Of a DNA stretch of 64,000 bases, positions 20,085 through 29,539 are shown in pieces. Numbering within the stretch: the first letter of the stretch is position 1; every line of letters starts with the position of its first letter. The stretch covers positions 124,001-188,000 of IMG/VR virus record IMGVR_UViG_3300030503_000315, one strand, 5' to 3'. The translations under genes were made by a program, and so were the position numbers. Under the pieces are notes generated by a model. The model was given only the letters and a program-made list of their open reading frames with translations, was not told the DNA's origin and searched no databases.

Positions 20085-20476
20085 AGATGAAATACGTTAC
20101 ATGCACGTTCAAGGTATTGAAGAACCCAGATGTATCTAGTGCGTCAAAGTGGGTAGTCAAGTACATGTACAAGCAGGAATTCGGTCTTGCTACAGTTCCG
20201 CAAACATTTGGTACTTATCTCACAAGAGGTGAGGCTATGGATAGTCTTGTCTATCATATAGGATCTGTCCTTGGTGATTTGTCGAACCACTACTATGATC
20301 TACCTCCGGATGTTGAATTCAGGATTGACATCAATTTCGACCCTATCGATCCGGACATTCATCCTCTGAATCATACTTCCCTCACAAATGTTCGACTAGA
20401 TCTAACGTGGAAAGATGACAAGAGCCTGGATGGTTCGGCCTTGCTTGATCTCATGTACGACATCTTGGGAAACTGA
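20081..20476 (+). CDS. DLLQLM-tag family protein 6
   Basis: Ends ALLDLMYDILGN. Confidence 0.75.
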   Translation: MKMKYVTCTFKVLKNPDVSSASKWVVKYMYKQEFGLATVPQTFGTYLTRGEAMDSLVYHIGSVLGDLSNHYYDLPPDVEFRIDINFDPIDPDIHPLNHTSLTNVRLDLTWKDDKSLDGSALLDLMYDILGN

Positions 20477-20477
20477 C

Positions 20478-20903
20478 ATGCTAGTGACCAATATGCAGTA
20501 TCTTGTTCAACCTAAGAAATCTGGTATCTGCGATTTTCATGTCGATGCCAAGTGGGTGGATACGAATGGAGTATCCCATCTGTATGATTCTTTCTATCCG
20601 ATTGACCGGGAAAACCTTTTGGTAACCCTTGCATGGTTGTCGCACCACAAGATCGGCAGCAACTGTGGGGCTTCCGATTACGCATGGCGTCAACTCTTTG
20701 ATAACTATGTGCAGCCCAAGGACAATTTCTATACACACGAGTGTTTGATAACCTTGGGTTGGGGTCTCAAAGCTTACGACGAATCGTCTGTCACTCCTAC
20801 CCATGTGCGTATCGATGAAGCTACGTGGACCAAAGTTGGTATCCATGGGGGAAGCTTAAGAACAAATCTCCTCGACCTGGCCAAAGATTTGTGTCAGTTC
20901 TAG
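20478..20903 (+). CDS. DLLQLM-tag family protein 7
   Basis: Start trimmed to MLVTN; ends NLLDLAKDLCQF. Confidence 0.7.
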   Translation: MLVTNMQYLVQPKKSGICDFHVDAKWVDTNGVSHLYDSFYPIDRENLLVTLAWLSHHKIGSNCGASDYAWRQLFDNYVQPKDNFYTHECLITLGWGLKAYDESSVTPTHVRIDEATWTKVGIHGGSLRTNLLDLAKDLCQF

Positions 20904-20933
20904 GAAAGTAAATATTGATGTCGATCTTAGGAG

Positions 20934-21314
20934 GTGCCCGCGGTGAAAGATAACTGTTTCAACATTTACTACAACTCAAGGCTTGATACTTGGGAACTGT
21001 ACGAGTCCAGCGGCCATGCAATCTTGGGTTGGAGCAGGTCTCAAGATCAGGTCGTGTGGTTTGCAAAGAATGCTGCTCAACGAAATAACGGTGGCGAACC
21101 CGTAGAGTTCGATATCGAACGCTATGGCGCCGTGGTTTATATGTCTCCCAAGCCCACCTCGGCTATTTGGCAAGAAATTGTAGACCGGGAAGATGCCGAG
21201 TGGAAGAGGAAGGTTGACGAGATGATAGCGGGTTATGTTCCTGGATCTCTACTGGATCCTACAAAGGTCTGGTCTACTGAGCCAGACCTTTTGCAGTTGA
21301 TGCATGATCTCTAA
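20934..21314 (+). CDS. DLLQLM-tag family protein 8
   Basis: Ends PDLLQLMHDL. Confidence 0.75.
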   Translation: MPAVKDNCFNIYYNSRLDTWELYESSGHAILGWSRSQDQVVWFAKNAAQRNNGGEPVEFDIERYGAVVYMSPKPTSAIWQEIVDREDAEWKRKVDEMIAGYVPGSLLDPTKVWSTEPDLLQLMHDL

Positions 21315-21322
21315 GGAGAACC

Positions 21323-21790
21323 ATGATGGTTTTGGAGAAGCTTGAATTTCGTTTCAATAGAAGTTGGATGGCGCCACACTCAATGTTGTTCATTGATAGT
21401 GGAGGAGGTCAAACTGTTTGGGCTACATTCGATGAAGATCAGATGGAAGCTACCCTCGACACCTTCATTCGCAACCGGTTTGCTGGACTAGACTTTGTCA
21501 AAGAAGCGTTTGATGACTGGTTAACCGATGCTGTCTCGGGTGGTCCTGAAATCTCAGATGAAGAGGCATGGAATTTTGATGTCTATTTTGGACCCCAGCA
21601 GATAGATGGTATGGATCCAAATTTCGATTCCAAGAAATTTGCCATAGCAGAGTGGGATCTTCCTGATGATGAAATAGAACAATTGAGTAGTGTTCGTGGT
21701 TGTACTTTCTCCAAAGACACCATCATCCAGTTTGTAGAAGTCACTTACGGGAGTAAAGTAGTTGATCTCCTTTCCTTAATCCCCTTTTAA
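21323..21790 (+). CDS. Tag family protein 9 (VDLLSLIPF variant)
   Basis: Ends VDLLSLIPF. Confidence 0.75.
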   Translation: MMVLEKLEFRFNRSWMAPHSMLFIDSGGGQTVWATFDEDQMEATLDTFIRNRFAGLDFVKEAFDDWLTDAVSGGPEISDEEAWNFDVYFGPQQIDGMDPNFDSKKFAIAEWDLPDDEIEQLSSVRGCTFSKDTIIQFVEVTYGSKVVDLLSLIPF

Positions 21791-21802
21791 GCTGAGACAT
21801 TT

Positions 21803-22438
21803 ATGGTCGCGTTATTCCTTACCGGGATGTCGTTTGTAGAATCTCTTCTCTTCATACCATTTGTGTTTTATGGTTTGGTGTTGGTTCTCGTTGTCCTATC
21901 TGCTTGGGCAATAGATGAATCACCAGGTAACAAACGTGAAGGTTGGTTTATTGCAACTTTGCTATCTGCGTTGCTTGTTCTACTTATTGGCTGGAAGTTT
22001 GGTGTTCATTTCTCGGGCCTGGTGAACCACCCGGTGTTCTCTATCGAAGCTTTTGTGGTATATCTTGTTGTAGGTGTGCTGTGGAGTTTTGGTAAGTGGT
22101 ATTTCTTTCTCTCTAAGGTCAGAGAGAAATACTTAGAACTCAAGGATGAATATTCATCTAGCTTACAAAGCCTTTATCATGCTGTGGATTCAGAGTTGAA
22201 TTTCTACAAGAGAGTTGACTATAATTCTTTGGATAAAAATCCAAATCAAATCTCTGAAGCGATCAAACCCCAGGTATCGGCGCATAAAGCGAGTATCACC
22301 CGTTGGATCATTTGTTGGCCTTTGAGTTTCGTGTGGACTATGCTTAATGATCCACTGCGCAAACTTGCCGATACAATCTTCTCGCATATCAAAAGTGTAT
22401 TCCAGAAGATGTCTGATAAGATGTTCCATGGAGTATGA
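21803..22438 (+). CDS. Multi-pass membrane protein
   Basis: Three N-terminal TM segments plus a C-terminal hydrophobic stretch. Confidence 0.75.
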   Translation: MVALFLTGMSFVESLLFIPFVFYGLVLVLVVLSAWAIDESPGNKREGWFIATLLSALLVLLIGWKFGVHFSGLVNHPVFSIEAFVVYLVVGVLWSFGKWYFFLSKVREKYLELKDEYSSSLQSLYHAVDSELNFYKRVDYNSLDKNPNQISEAIKPQVSAHKASITRWIICWPLSFVWTMLNDPLRKLADTIFSHIKSVFQKMSDKMFHGV

Positions 22439-22439
22439 G

Positions 22440-22796
22440 ATGGCAATTTCTGACAGATACAAGTTTGTGATGTTTAGGACAGATATTGGTTTTCAGGTGG
22501 ATAAATTTCTAGGATTCAATGATCTTAGCTACGAGAGTGAACCTGTATCCAAAACCTATAGTTCATTTGTCCTGGCATGCGATTCAATCCTGCTTATTAT
22601 TCGTCCGTTCTTGCCGGACACCATGAAGCCAGTTCCAACTTGTATGAAGGGGCTGGATTCATCCAGGAATCATGAGTTCATTGTAATTTATGATACTTTT
22701 AATATAGTTGCTGTCGGTGCCCGATGTTTCAAGGAACATCCATATAACCCAAACCTAATCGAGGAAGTTGATCTGCTTTCTCTCATTCCATTCTAA
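22440..22796 (+). CDS. Tag family protein 10 (VDLLSLIPF variant)
   Basis: Start trimmed to MAISDRY; ends VDLLSLIPF. Confidence 0.7.
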   Translation: MAISDRYKFVMFRTDIGFQVDKFLGFNDLSYESEPVSKTYSSFVLACDSILLIIRPFLPDTMKPVPTCMKGLDSSRNHEFIVIYDTFNIVAVGARCFKEHPYNPNLIEEVDLLSLIPF

Positions 22797-22805
22797 GGAT
22801 AAGAT

Positions 22806-23909
22806 ATGAGTACTCAAGATGTTCAAGACGTTGACTTCAAGGAAGTAACGGAATCAAAGATGATCGATAGCACCAAACAGGAAGTAAAACCAAAGCATCG
22901 AATCCTTCATGTTCAGGTGCAGGGCAATCCCAGTTCGGAAGACTTGTTGAGCACCGCTCAGGCGTTTGAGAAGGCTCTACAATCTGGATCGTCCTCAGTG
23001 GTATCCACGACCCCGAACGTTCAGACGTTCCACATCTATGGCGAAGGTGAAGCTCCGTTCAATGGTGTTCTGGTTCGTGGGGCTATTACCCTCGAAGACA
23101 TCGCAAGGACAATCCATGATGCGGAGATGGCGTACAGCAAGCAAGGCTTCAAATATTGGTTCGATCTTGCGGATGATCGACGCCGCGAGTACGTCAAGTT
23201 GGTTAAGAATGAGCTGCGTGGTATCACAACTACGTCTGACGACCAGGTGAAGAATCAGCTTGTCTATAACATCGTTACCGCATTGAAGTCTTGCCTCCCT
23301 GCTCCGCAACTTACCAACCTTATCCAGGCTAAGGTGTGGAATGGTTCTCAGGATTATGAGAGCGACGATGCTTGGACGACGATCGGGTTCCCTGATCTGA
23401 AGAAGGGTCATGTGTGGATCAACCCTGAAGAATCTCCTGTGGTGTATCGTCACTGCCAGTCTGATTCATATGTCAACTACGATGGTGGAACATCGTTCGT
23501 TACCGTAGATGTACTGGAAGTCGTTCCTTGTACTGGAACCATTGAGGACAAGATCGTTCTTCAATGGAAGCCCAAGGCGTTGATCGAGCACGAAGTTCGT
23601 GAAGCTTTTTCGAAGTCCGAAGAAAGTGCGGACGCTGAATTGCTAGCCCAAGCTAACGAAGCACGCGATGAAGGCTTTGCACCGGATGAAGAAGTACAGG
23701 CACTACAAGATTCATTAGTTTTGTCTGATGAAGATTCCAAACCTGCGGGTGAAGAAGTTCTCAAGCCCTTCAGTGACACTAGCGATGCAGTGGATCAACC
23801 ACAAACTGCTGTTGATACGAATGGTGTAGAACACAAGGTGAATCCTGTTACCGACACCTGGCAGAAAGAATTGAACGTTCAAGGAGAGCAGGATGCGTCT
23901 TCAGTGTAA
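22806..23909 (+). CDS. Hypothetical protein, acidic C-terminus
   Basis: 367 aa ORF. Confidence 0.8.
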   Translation: MSTQDVQDVDFKEVTESKMIDSTKQEVKPKHRILHVQVQGNPSSEDLLSTAQAFEKALQSGSSSVVSTTPNVQTFHIYGEGEAPFNGVLVRGAITLEDIARTIHDAEMAYSKQGFKYWFDLADDRRREYVKLVKNELRGITTTSDDQVKNQLVYNIVTALKSCLPAPQLTNLIQAKVWNGSQDYESDDAWTTIGFPDLKKGHVWINPEESPVVYRHCQSDSYVNYDGGTSFVTVDVLEVVPCTGTIEDKIVLQWKPKALIEHEVREAFSKSEESADAELLAQANEARDEGFAPDEEVQALQDSLVLSDEDSKPAGEEVLKPFSDTSDAVDQPQTAVDTNGVEHKVNPVTDTWQKELNVQGEQDASSV

Positions 23910-25966
23910 AGTCACTTCCTGGAAGGTAGCGGAGTTCGGTGCAGTATCTGGAAACCATTTCCTCCTCGAATTCCAGGCTACCCATCTCGAATGGAAAACC
24001 GTAGTCGTTCCTTTTCCCTCTTCTCCTTCTTCGGCGTTTGAAGAGATGAGGAAGATGTATGAAAAGCACGTCCACACCTCGATGGCTATCCCAGGTCATC
24101 TTCTGACAACCGAAGGAGAAACGCGTGGATTACATTAACAATGCAATAACGTTGGAAGAAATGCAAGTTGAGTATGGTATCCTTCATTCCGATTTGGGAG
24201 AGACGGATCTGTGCGAAATGGTCACCGCAAGGCTGAATGAAGGTTGGGAGCTGCAAGGTGGCGTAGCTTTGATGAGTTTTATGTTACCGCCATCCACTAT
24301 TCCAACGATTCGCTATGCGCAGGCAATCGTTCGTTATGTGCCGTTACCGAAGGAAGATCAACCAGAGCAAATTGAAGCGTAAGAAAACTTAAGGAGTAGT
24401 ATAGCATGCAGAAAAGAATCAAGGTTAGTTCCTTTAACAACACAGTCAAAACTGTTGTAGCAGGCGAGACCGAACGTGAAGTTAAGGTGGGGTGGAAAAA
24501 GATAGATCAGAGTCAGATTTTATTCACTGGAGCACCCACTCTTGGTCGTGTTACGGTTGGGCAGGGCCTTAGCTTCGACAGCACTTACGGTGTGATCGGA
24601 ATCCAAGACAATACTAGTATCACCTCAGCACCTGTTATCTGCAAGGAATATGTTGAGAAAGAAGCGTTCGATCAGTTGAAGATGCAGTGCGACCTCATGA
24701 TGGGACAAATCTCAATGCTTGAAATGGCGCGCCAGCGCTTCGAGATGCTGGAGAGTATATCTGGTGGTTCGTATGTGCTTCAGGAAAAGATCAATAAGAT
24801 CCGTAACCTGGAAACTGAACTACTGAATACTCAACGCAAACTTGAGTGGGACGGCAACAGTGTGATTAATCAACTTCGGGAGGTTCGCGGTGACCAATAT
24901 CGACAAATCTACTAGGCCGAAGGTCAAGGTCACTTCTGTCAATCAGGAAAAGGTTAACAAAGCTTGTGGTGAGATGGTAGATTTCCTTTCGAAGTCTATC
25001 GAATCTTACCTGTCATCCCTACTTGGTTTTTCGGAAGATGAGTTTACAAGGTCGTTAGCTCTCAACATGCTAGCACCTTCGTCTCGGGAACTTGTGGTCG
25101 GTAGTCCTGTTGTCGGGAAAACCTTGGTTGATAATAATCTTAAAGCCATAAACTATTTGACCTACGGTAACCAACTGTGGGTTCAACGTGTGAATCCTGC
25201 GTTCCCGGGCGACATTAACAGCTTTGAACACCAACTGGTTGGTGACGTCATTGAAGACGAAGATTGTGCCAAGGACGAATCTTTCGCCCTGAAACCATAG
25301 GGGTGGGGATGAGTAAGAGAAAGCAGAAGGTACTTCCTCCGGGCATAGTTGCTCAGTCTCAGAAGAACAAATGCCTGGACGGAACTTTCATCGACCACAA
25401 GAAGTACATGAAGTTGTATCGTCACCACACCATGCGGATTATCCGTGACGTTCGCAAGGGCGTGGTGAACGAGGTTGATATGGACAAGCTACAGAACTTC
25501 ATCCAGTTTTCTCTCGCTCTGATGGATCGTGCTAATATGGAGGACATAGACAAGGCATGGCGTAATGCTGAAGCCATGTCCTTCATCCACGCGGACATGG
25601 GAATCGAGATTGTGGAGACCGTGGATGAACGGGAAAACTACGAGGGGATCCTCGACCCAGTGGTTCAAGCGACGGCAACGCAAGAAGGAAAACCAGATGG
25701 CAAACCCTCCCAACCCATTACCACCGAGTAAACAGAATCTGTTGCCGGATTACGCGGTCATCTCCATCGCAAACAAACACTCCGCTGCGTCCCTGTCCGA
25801 CCCATCAAAACCCTCGATCTACACCGAACAGTTCATTGCTGCTATAACAGAAGCTTTGATCGAGGCGGAGATACGCTCAGAAATTCTGATGCAGAATGCT
25901 ACGGCAAGATTTATTTGCGTGTGCGGGCAAAAAGGTCCGCATTCCTGTCAGTACATCAAAACTTAG
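23893..25966 (+). other. Six small hypothetical genes; three begin with the VKV(T/S)S motif
   Basis: ORFs 23893-24138, 24125-24382, 24406-24915, 24890-25300, ~25309-25731, ~25697-25966. Confidence 0.65.
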
Positions 25967-25974
25967 GAACCAAC

Positions 25975-26529
25975 ATGACCCAAGAAATCCCCGCGCACGT
26001 TCAGCGTATGCAAGCTGAATTCTTCGAACTGACGGGCAGGATAGAAAAACTTCTAGACTTCATCCGCAACAATCCTATCTTCCACACCCTCGACGAGGAA
26101 GAGCAAACCGACATGGAATTGCAATGTCACTACATGCAACTGTATAGTTTTCGACTTGAGTCGAGAATTGATCGCGCCAGGTTCAATCTGATAGACGGAA
26201 CAGAGACGGACGATGAGGACGCGAATGAGATCATCGAAAGCTGGGAAAAACCTGTTCCGGATTCCAGGATGCCTGAGTCGTTTGTCTTCGGAGACAACAC
26301 GAAGAACATCGCCAAGATAGTTACTCCAGAGACCATGAAGGCTGCGATGCGCCTGGATGAGATGCAGGAAATGAAACATCCTGACAAAGCTATACCAGAC
26401 TCGTTCAAGATCATAGATGATGGTGAAGTAGCTGGTCATGTTGCCTTAAAAGTAAGTGATCCTACAAAGCTGTGGCCATTTCCTACTGGTTCTCGTGGGT
26501 TTATCGGGAAATCCAAGGATAGTAAATAG
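25975..26529 (+). CDS. crAss001_48-like domain protein
   Basis: PAHVQRMQAE..EL..RI.KL..F.....F..L...EQ..M..Q...M..Y...L..RI pattern. Confidence 0.65.
   Translation: MTQEIPAHVQRMQAEFFELTGRIEKLLDFIRNNPIFHTLDEEEQTDMELQCHYMQLYSFRLESRIDRARFNLIDGTETDDEDANEIIESWEKPVPDSRMPESFVFGDNTKNIAKIVTPETMKAAMRLDEMQEMKHPDKAIPDSFKIIDDGEVAGHVALKVSDPTKLWPFPTGSRGFIGKSKDSK
26521..26528 (+). promoter_or_regulatory. Phage promoter motif (A/G/T)GTAAATA, representative of ~18 copies
   Basis: Minus: 2579, 7523, 11865, 15844; plus: 16036, 18142, 20907, 26521, 26722, 29477, 35548, 38183, 41539, 45057, 45722, 48241, 54501, 61017; these copies lie on the coding strand upstream of gene starts. Confidence 0.75.
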
Positions 26530-26584
26530 TGTTGTCAACAATGACACTAATCCAAACCTGGGCTCACACTCGAGCTTCAGTCAG

Positions 26585-26690
26585 GAATGCCGGTTCATGT
26601 AGACGTTGAAAGCGATGGTGATAGTAGATCGGATGTGAACGCCGGGTCGATCCGGAAAGGTGGGTTCGACTCCCACAATCCATCGTGACA
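26585..26690 (+). ncRNA. Candidate tRNA-like (T-loop) structured RNA
   Basis: Perfect T-arm GTGGG-TTCGACT-CCCAC at 26660-26676, closing helix CGATGG/CCATCG, intergenic between two AGTAAATA motifs; no CCA or canonical anticodon loop. Confidence 0.5.
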
Positions 26691-26850
26691 AAAATTCGTG
26701 GTTCTCTGGATTTTCCAGAATAGTAAATAGTGTGGTAGGGCAGGATGTTGTAGAGGGAAGTATCATGTCTTGTCCGTACAGATTTTTCAAGTAGCACTGG
26801 TGTAACCTTGTTGGTATCATTCACGCAACGACACTACAGAGGGAACTGAA

Positions 26851-28791
26851 ATGTCGAGTATTCTTAATTCTTTCGCATCGGACTTCGACCAATCGCTGAA
26901 CGAAAAGTACAGCGTCCTGGAATATCTGGAAAACTGCCGTACGGACAAATCGTTCTACGCAACGGCAGCGGAACGGATGTTGAAAGCAATCGGTGAACCG
27001 CGCATGCTGGATACGTCGAAAGATGCGCGTCTCGGTCGTATCTTTGACAACCGGACAATCAAGGTGTACCCGGCGTTCGAAGAAGAGTTCTTCGGTATCG
27101 AGGACACAATTGAACGTCTAGTTGGTTTCTTCCGCGCAGCAGCACAGGGTCTGGAAGAACGCAAACAGGTTCTGTACATGCTTGGACCGGTAGGCTCTGC
27201 AAAGTCGAGTCTGGCAGAGAAGTTGAAGTACCTGATGGAACTCAACCCCATCTACGTGCTGAGCTACAAAAATCAGTTGTCCCCGGTGTTCGAATCTCCG
27301 CTCGGCCTCTTCCCGGTTCACAAGTATGGTGAACGTCTGGAAAAGGAATACGGAATTCATCGTCGTTACCTGACGAACCTGATCCCTTCGCCATGGGCTC
27401 TGAAACGTCTGAAGGAAACTAATGGTGATCTGTCTGATTTCAGCGTGGTCAAGATGTACCCGTCCAAGCTGAACCAGCAGGCAATCATGAAGGTCGAACC
27501 GGGGGATGAAAACAATCAGGACATCTCATCCTTGGTTGGTAAGATCAACCTTCGTCGTATCGATGCGCACGACCAGAACGACAGCGATGCATATCTGTAC
27601 TCGGGTGGCCTCTGCCGCTCCAATCAGGGCATGCTCGAATTCGTGGAAATGTTCAAGGCACCTATCAAGGTTCTTCACCCGTTGCTGACGGCGACGCAGG
27701 AAGGTAACTACGTTGGTACCGAAGCGCTTCCTCCTATTCCGTTCAGTGGTGTAGTAGTTGCGCACTCGAACGAAAGCGAATGGGAAACGTTCAAGAACAA
27801 CAAGAACAACGAGGCTTTCCTGGATCGTGTGTCCCTTGTGTCTGTACCGTATTGCAAACGCGTTGATGAAGAAATCAACATCTACAAGAAGATGCTTGGT
27901 GCTTCGTCATTGGCACAGTCGCCGATTGCACCGCAGACCTTGAAGTACCTGGCGCAATGGTCGATCTCTACACGGCTGAAGGAGCCGGAGAATTCCCTGC
28001 TGTTTTCTAAAGTCCGAGTCTACAACGGTGAGAACCTCAAGGACATCGATCCGCGAGCAAAGTCGACGCGTGAGTATCGCGATCACGCAGGTGTAGCTGA
28101 GGGAATGACAGGGATGTCTACCCGCTTCGCATTCAAGATCCTGTCGAAGACATTCAACAACGATGCGGAAGAAGTTGCAGCTGATCCGCTTCAGCTGATG
28201 GTTGTCCTGCAGAATGAGATCAAGCGCGAGCAGATGTCGAAGGAACAGGAAGAGAAGTACGAGTCGTTCGTCAAGGAAATGTCGCAACGTTACCTTGAGG
28301 ATCTGACGAAGGACATCCAGAAGGCATTCATCGAGAATAGCGAAGACTATTGCCAGAACCTGTTCGAACGTTATATCCAGTTGGCAGATGCCTGGTGCCA
28401 GGATTCGACGTTCAAGGACGATAACACCGGTTCGACAATGAACAAGGCAGAGATGGATCAGGAGCTGTCGAAGATCGAAAAGCCGGCGGGTATCGCGAAC
28501 CCGAAGGATTTCCGCCCTGAAGTCGTGCAGTTCGTACTGCGCGTTCAAGCTCGTAATGGTGGCAAGATGCCGCGCTGGAATTCGTATGAAAAGATGAAGC
28601 AGGTCATCGAAAGCAAGATGAGCGCTTCTCTGGACGAACTCCTCCCGGTGATCTCGTTCGAAACGAAGAAGGAAGTGAAGCTGCAGAAGGATCACGACTC
28701 GTTCGTGGAGCGTATGGAGAAGATCGGCTACACCTCACGTCAAGTTCGTCGTGTAGTCGAATGGTTCAGCCGCGCACGCAAGGCTAACTAA
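26851..28791 (+). CDS. prkA: PrkA/YeaG family AAA+ serine protein kinase
   Basis: GLEERKQVLYMLGPVGSAKSSL Walker A; EPGDENNQDISSLVGK; ANPKDFR. Confidence 0.95.
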   Translation: MSSILNSFASDFDQSLNEKYSVLEYLENCRTDKSFYATAAERMLKAIGEPRMLDTSKDARLGRIFDNRTIKVYPAFEEEFFGIEDTIERLVGFFRAAAQGLEERKQVLYMLGPVGSAKSSLAEKLKYLMELNPIYVLSYKNQLSPVFESPLGLFPVHKYGERLEKEYGIHRRYLTNLIPSPWALKRLKETNGDLSDFSVVKMYPSKLNQQAIMKVEPGDENNQDISSLVGKINLRRIDAHDQNDSDAYLYSGGLCRSNQGMLEFVEMFKAPIKVLHPLLTATQEGNYVGTEALPPIPFSGVVVAHSNESEWETFKNNKNNEAFLDRVSLVSVPYCKRVDEEINIYKKMLGASSLAQSPIAPQTLKYLAQWSISTRLKEPENSLLFSKVRVYNGENLKDIDPRAKSTREYRDHAGVAEGMTGMSTRFAFKILSKTFNNDAEEVAADPLQLMVVLQNEIKREQMSKEQEEKYESFVKEMSQRYLEDLTKDIQKAFIENSEDYCQNLFERYIQLADAWCQDSTFKDDNTGSTMNKAEMDQELSKIEKPAGIANPKDFRPEVVQFVLRVQARNGGKMPRWNSYEKMKQVIESKMSASLDELLPVISFETKKEVKLQKDHDSFVERMEKIGYTSRQVRRVVEWFSRARKAN

Positions 28792-28864
28792 GATTGTAGT
28801 TGCACCGGGTAGTTCCCCTGTAGTACCGTGTGAAGTGTAGTACGTAGTCTTGTAAGTTGTGAAG

Positions 28865-28900
28865 GGGGCAGCCTGTTTAAGTTAGGCTGCCCTTTTCCTT
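28865..28900 (+). terminator. Intrinsic terminator
   Basis: GGGCAGCCT/AGGCTGCCC stem followed by T tract. Confidence 0.8.
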
Positions 28901-28928
28901 TTTGTTTTCGAATTTCATAGGTACCACC

Positions 28929-29489
28929 ATGGAAACAATTGATAAGATTTTCAATTGGATGAATCAAGACGGGGCAAGATTCGGAGTAGGAATGTGGATC
29001 ATAGGTGTAGCGTTTGGTCTCTTCCTGTCCTTGATTATCAAGTGGGTCAATCCATGAGTGTTCTTCGCAAAGAAATCTCTCGTCTGAACCATGTTATTGA
29101 GCGCACCGAGCAAGAGATGATTAATCTAGAGGAAGATTTCTGGCAGAATGGTGGCATCTGTTGTCCGGGTTGTGGTGTACCTGGATTCTCAGAGATGGAA
29201 GAGAAGCAAGAGCGTAGGAAAAAGCAACTTAGATATCTTATCAAGAAGTACGAGAAGGACAGTGGGAGGAAATATGAAGATCATCCGGAAGCTCGTAGCC
29301 TGGCCAGCCGCATATTCAATTTTCTTCTTGGGCTTGATCCTGACTAGGTTGGGTTGGTACAAAGGTCAGTGGCATTGGTTTATGGACTTAGCGATGCATA
29401 TCAGGATTGGGGTGGTTGCCCGGGTCCATGGCTTCGCACAGAAGATGTTCATAATGCACGAAAGAACAGGTGATGTAGTAAATATTTGA
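28929..29489 (+). other. Three small genes inserted between prkA and yeaH
   Basis: 28929-29057 (42 aa membrane peptide), 29054-29347 (CCPGC motif), ~29272-29489. Confidence 0.55.
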
Positions 29490-29539
29490 TGGGCGGTATA
29501 AAACCGGGTGACGGGTAGATCGTCACCTCAACTGGAGGG

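Noticed and set aside
18181-22796. Integron-like cassette array or DGR target repeats
   Set aside because: No attC-like palindromes, genes abut directly, and the shared segment varies at synonymous positions rather than at adenines only
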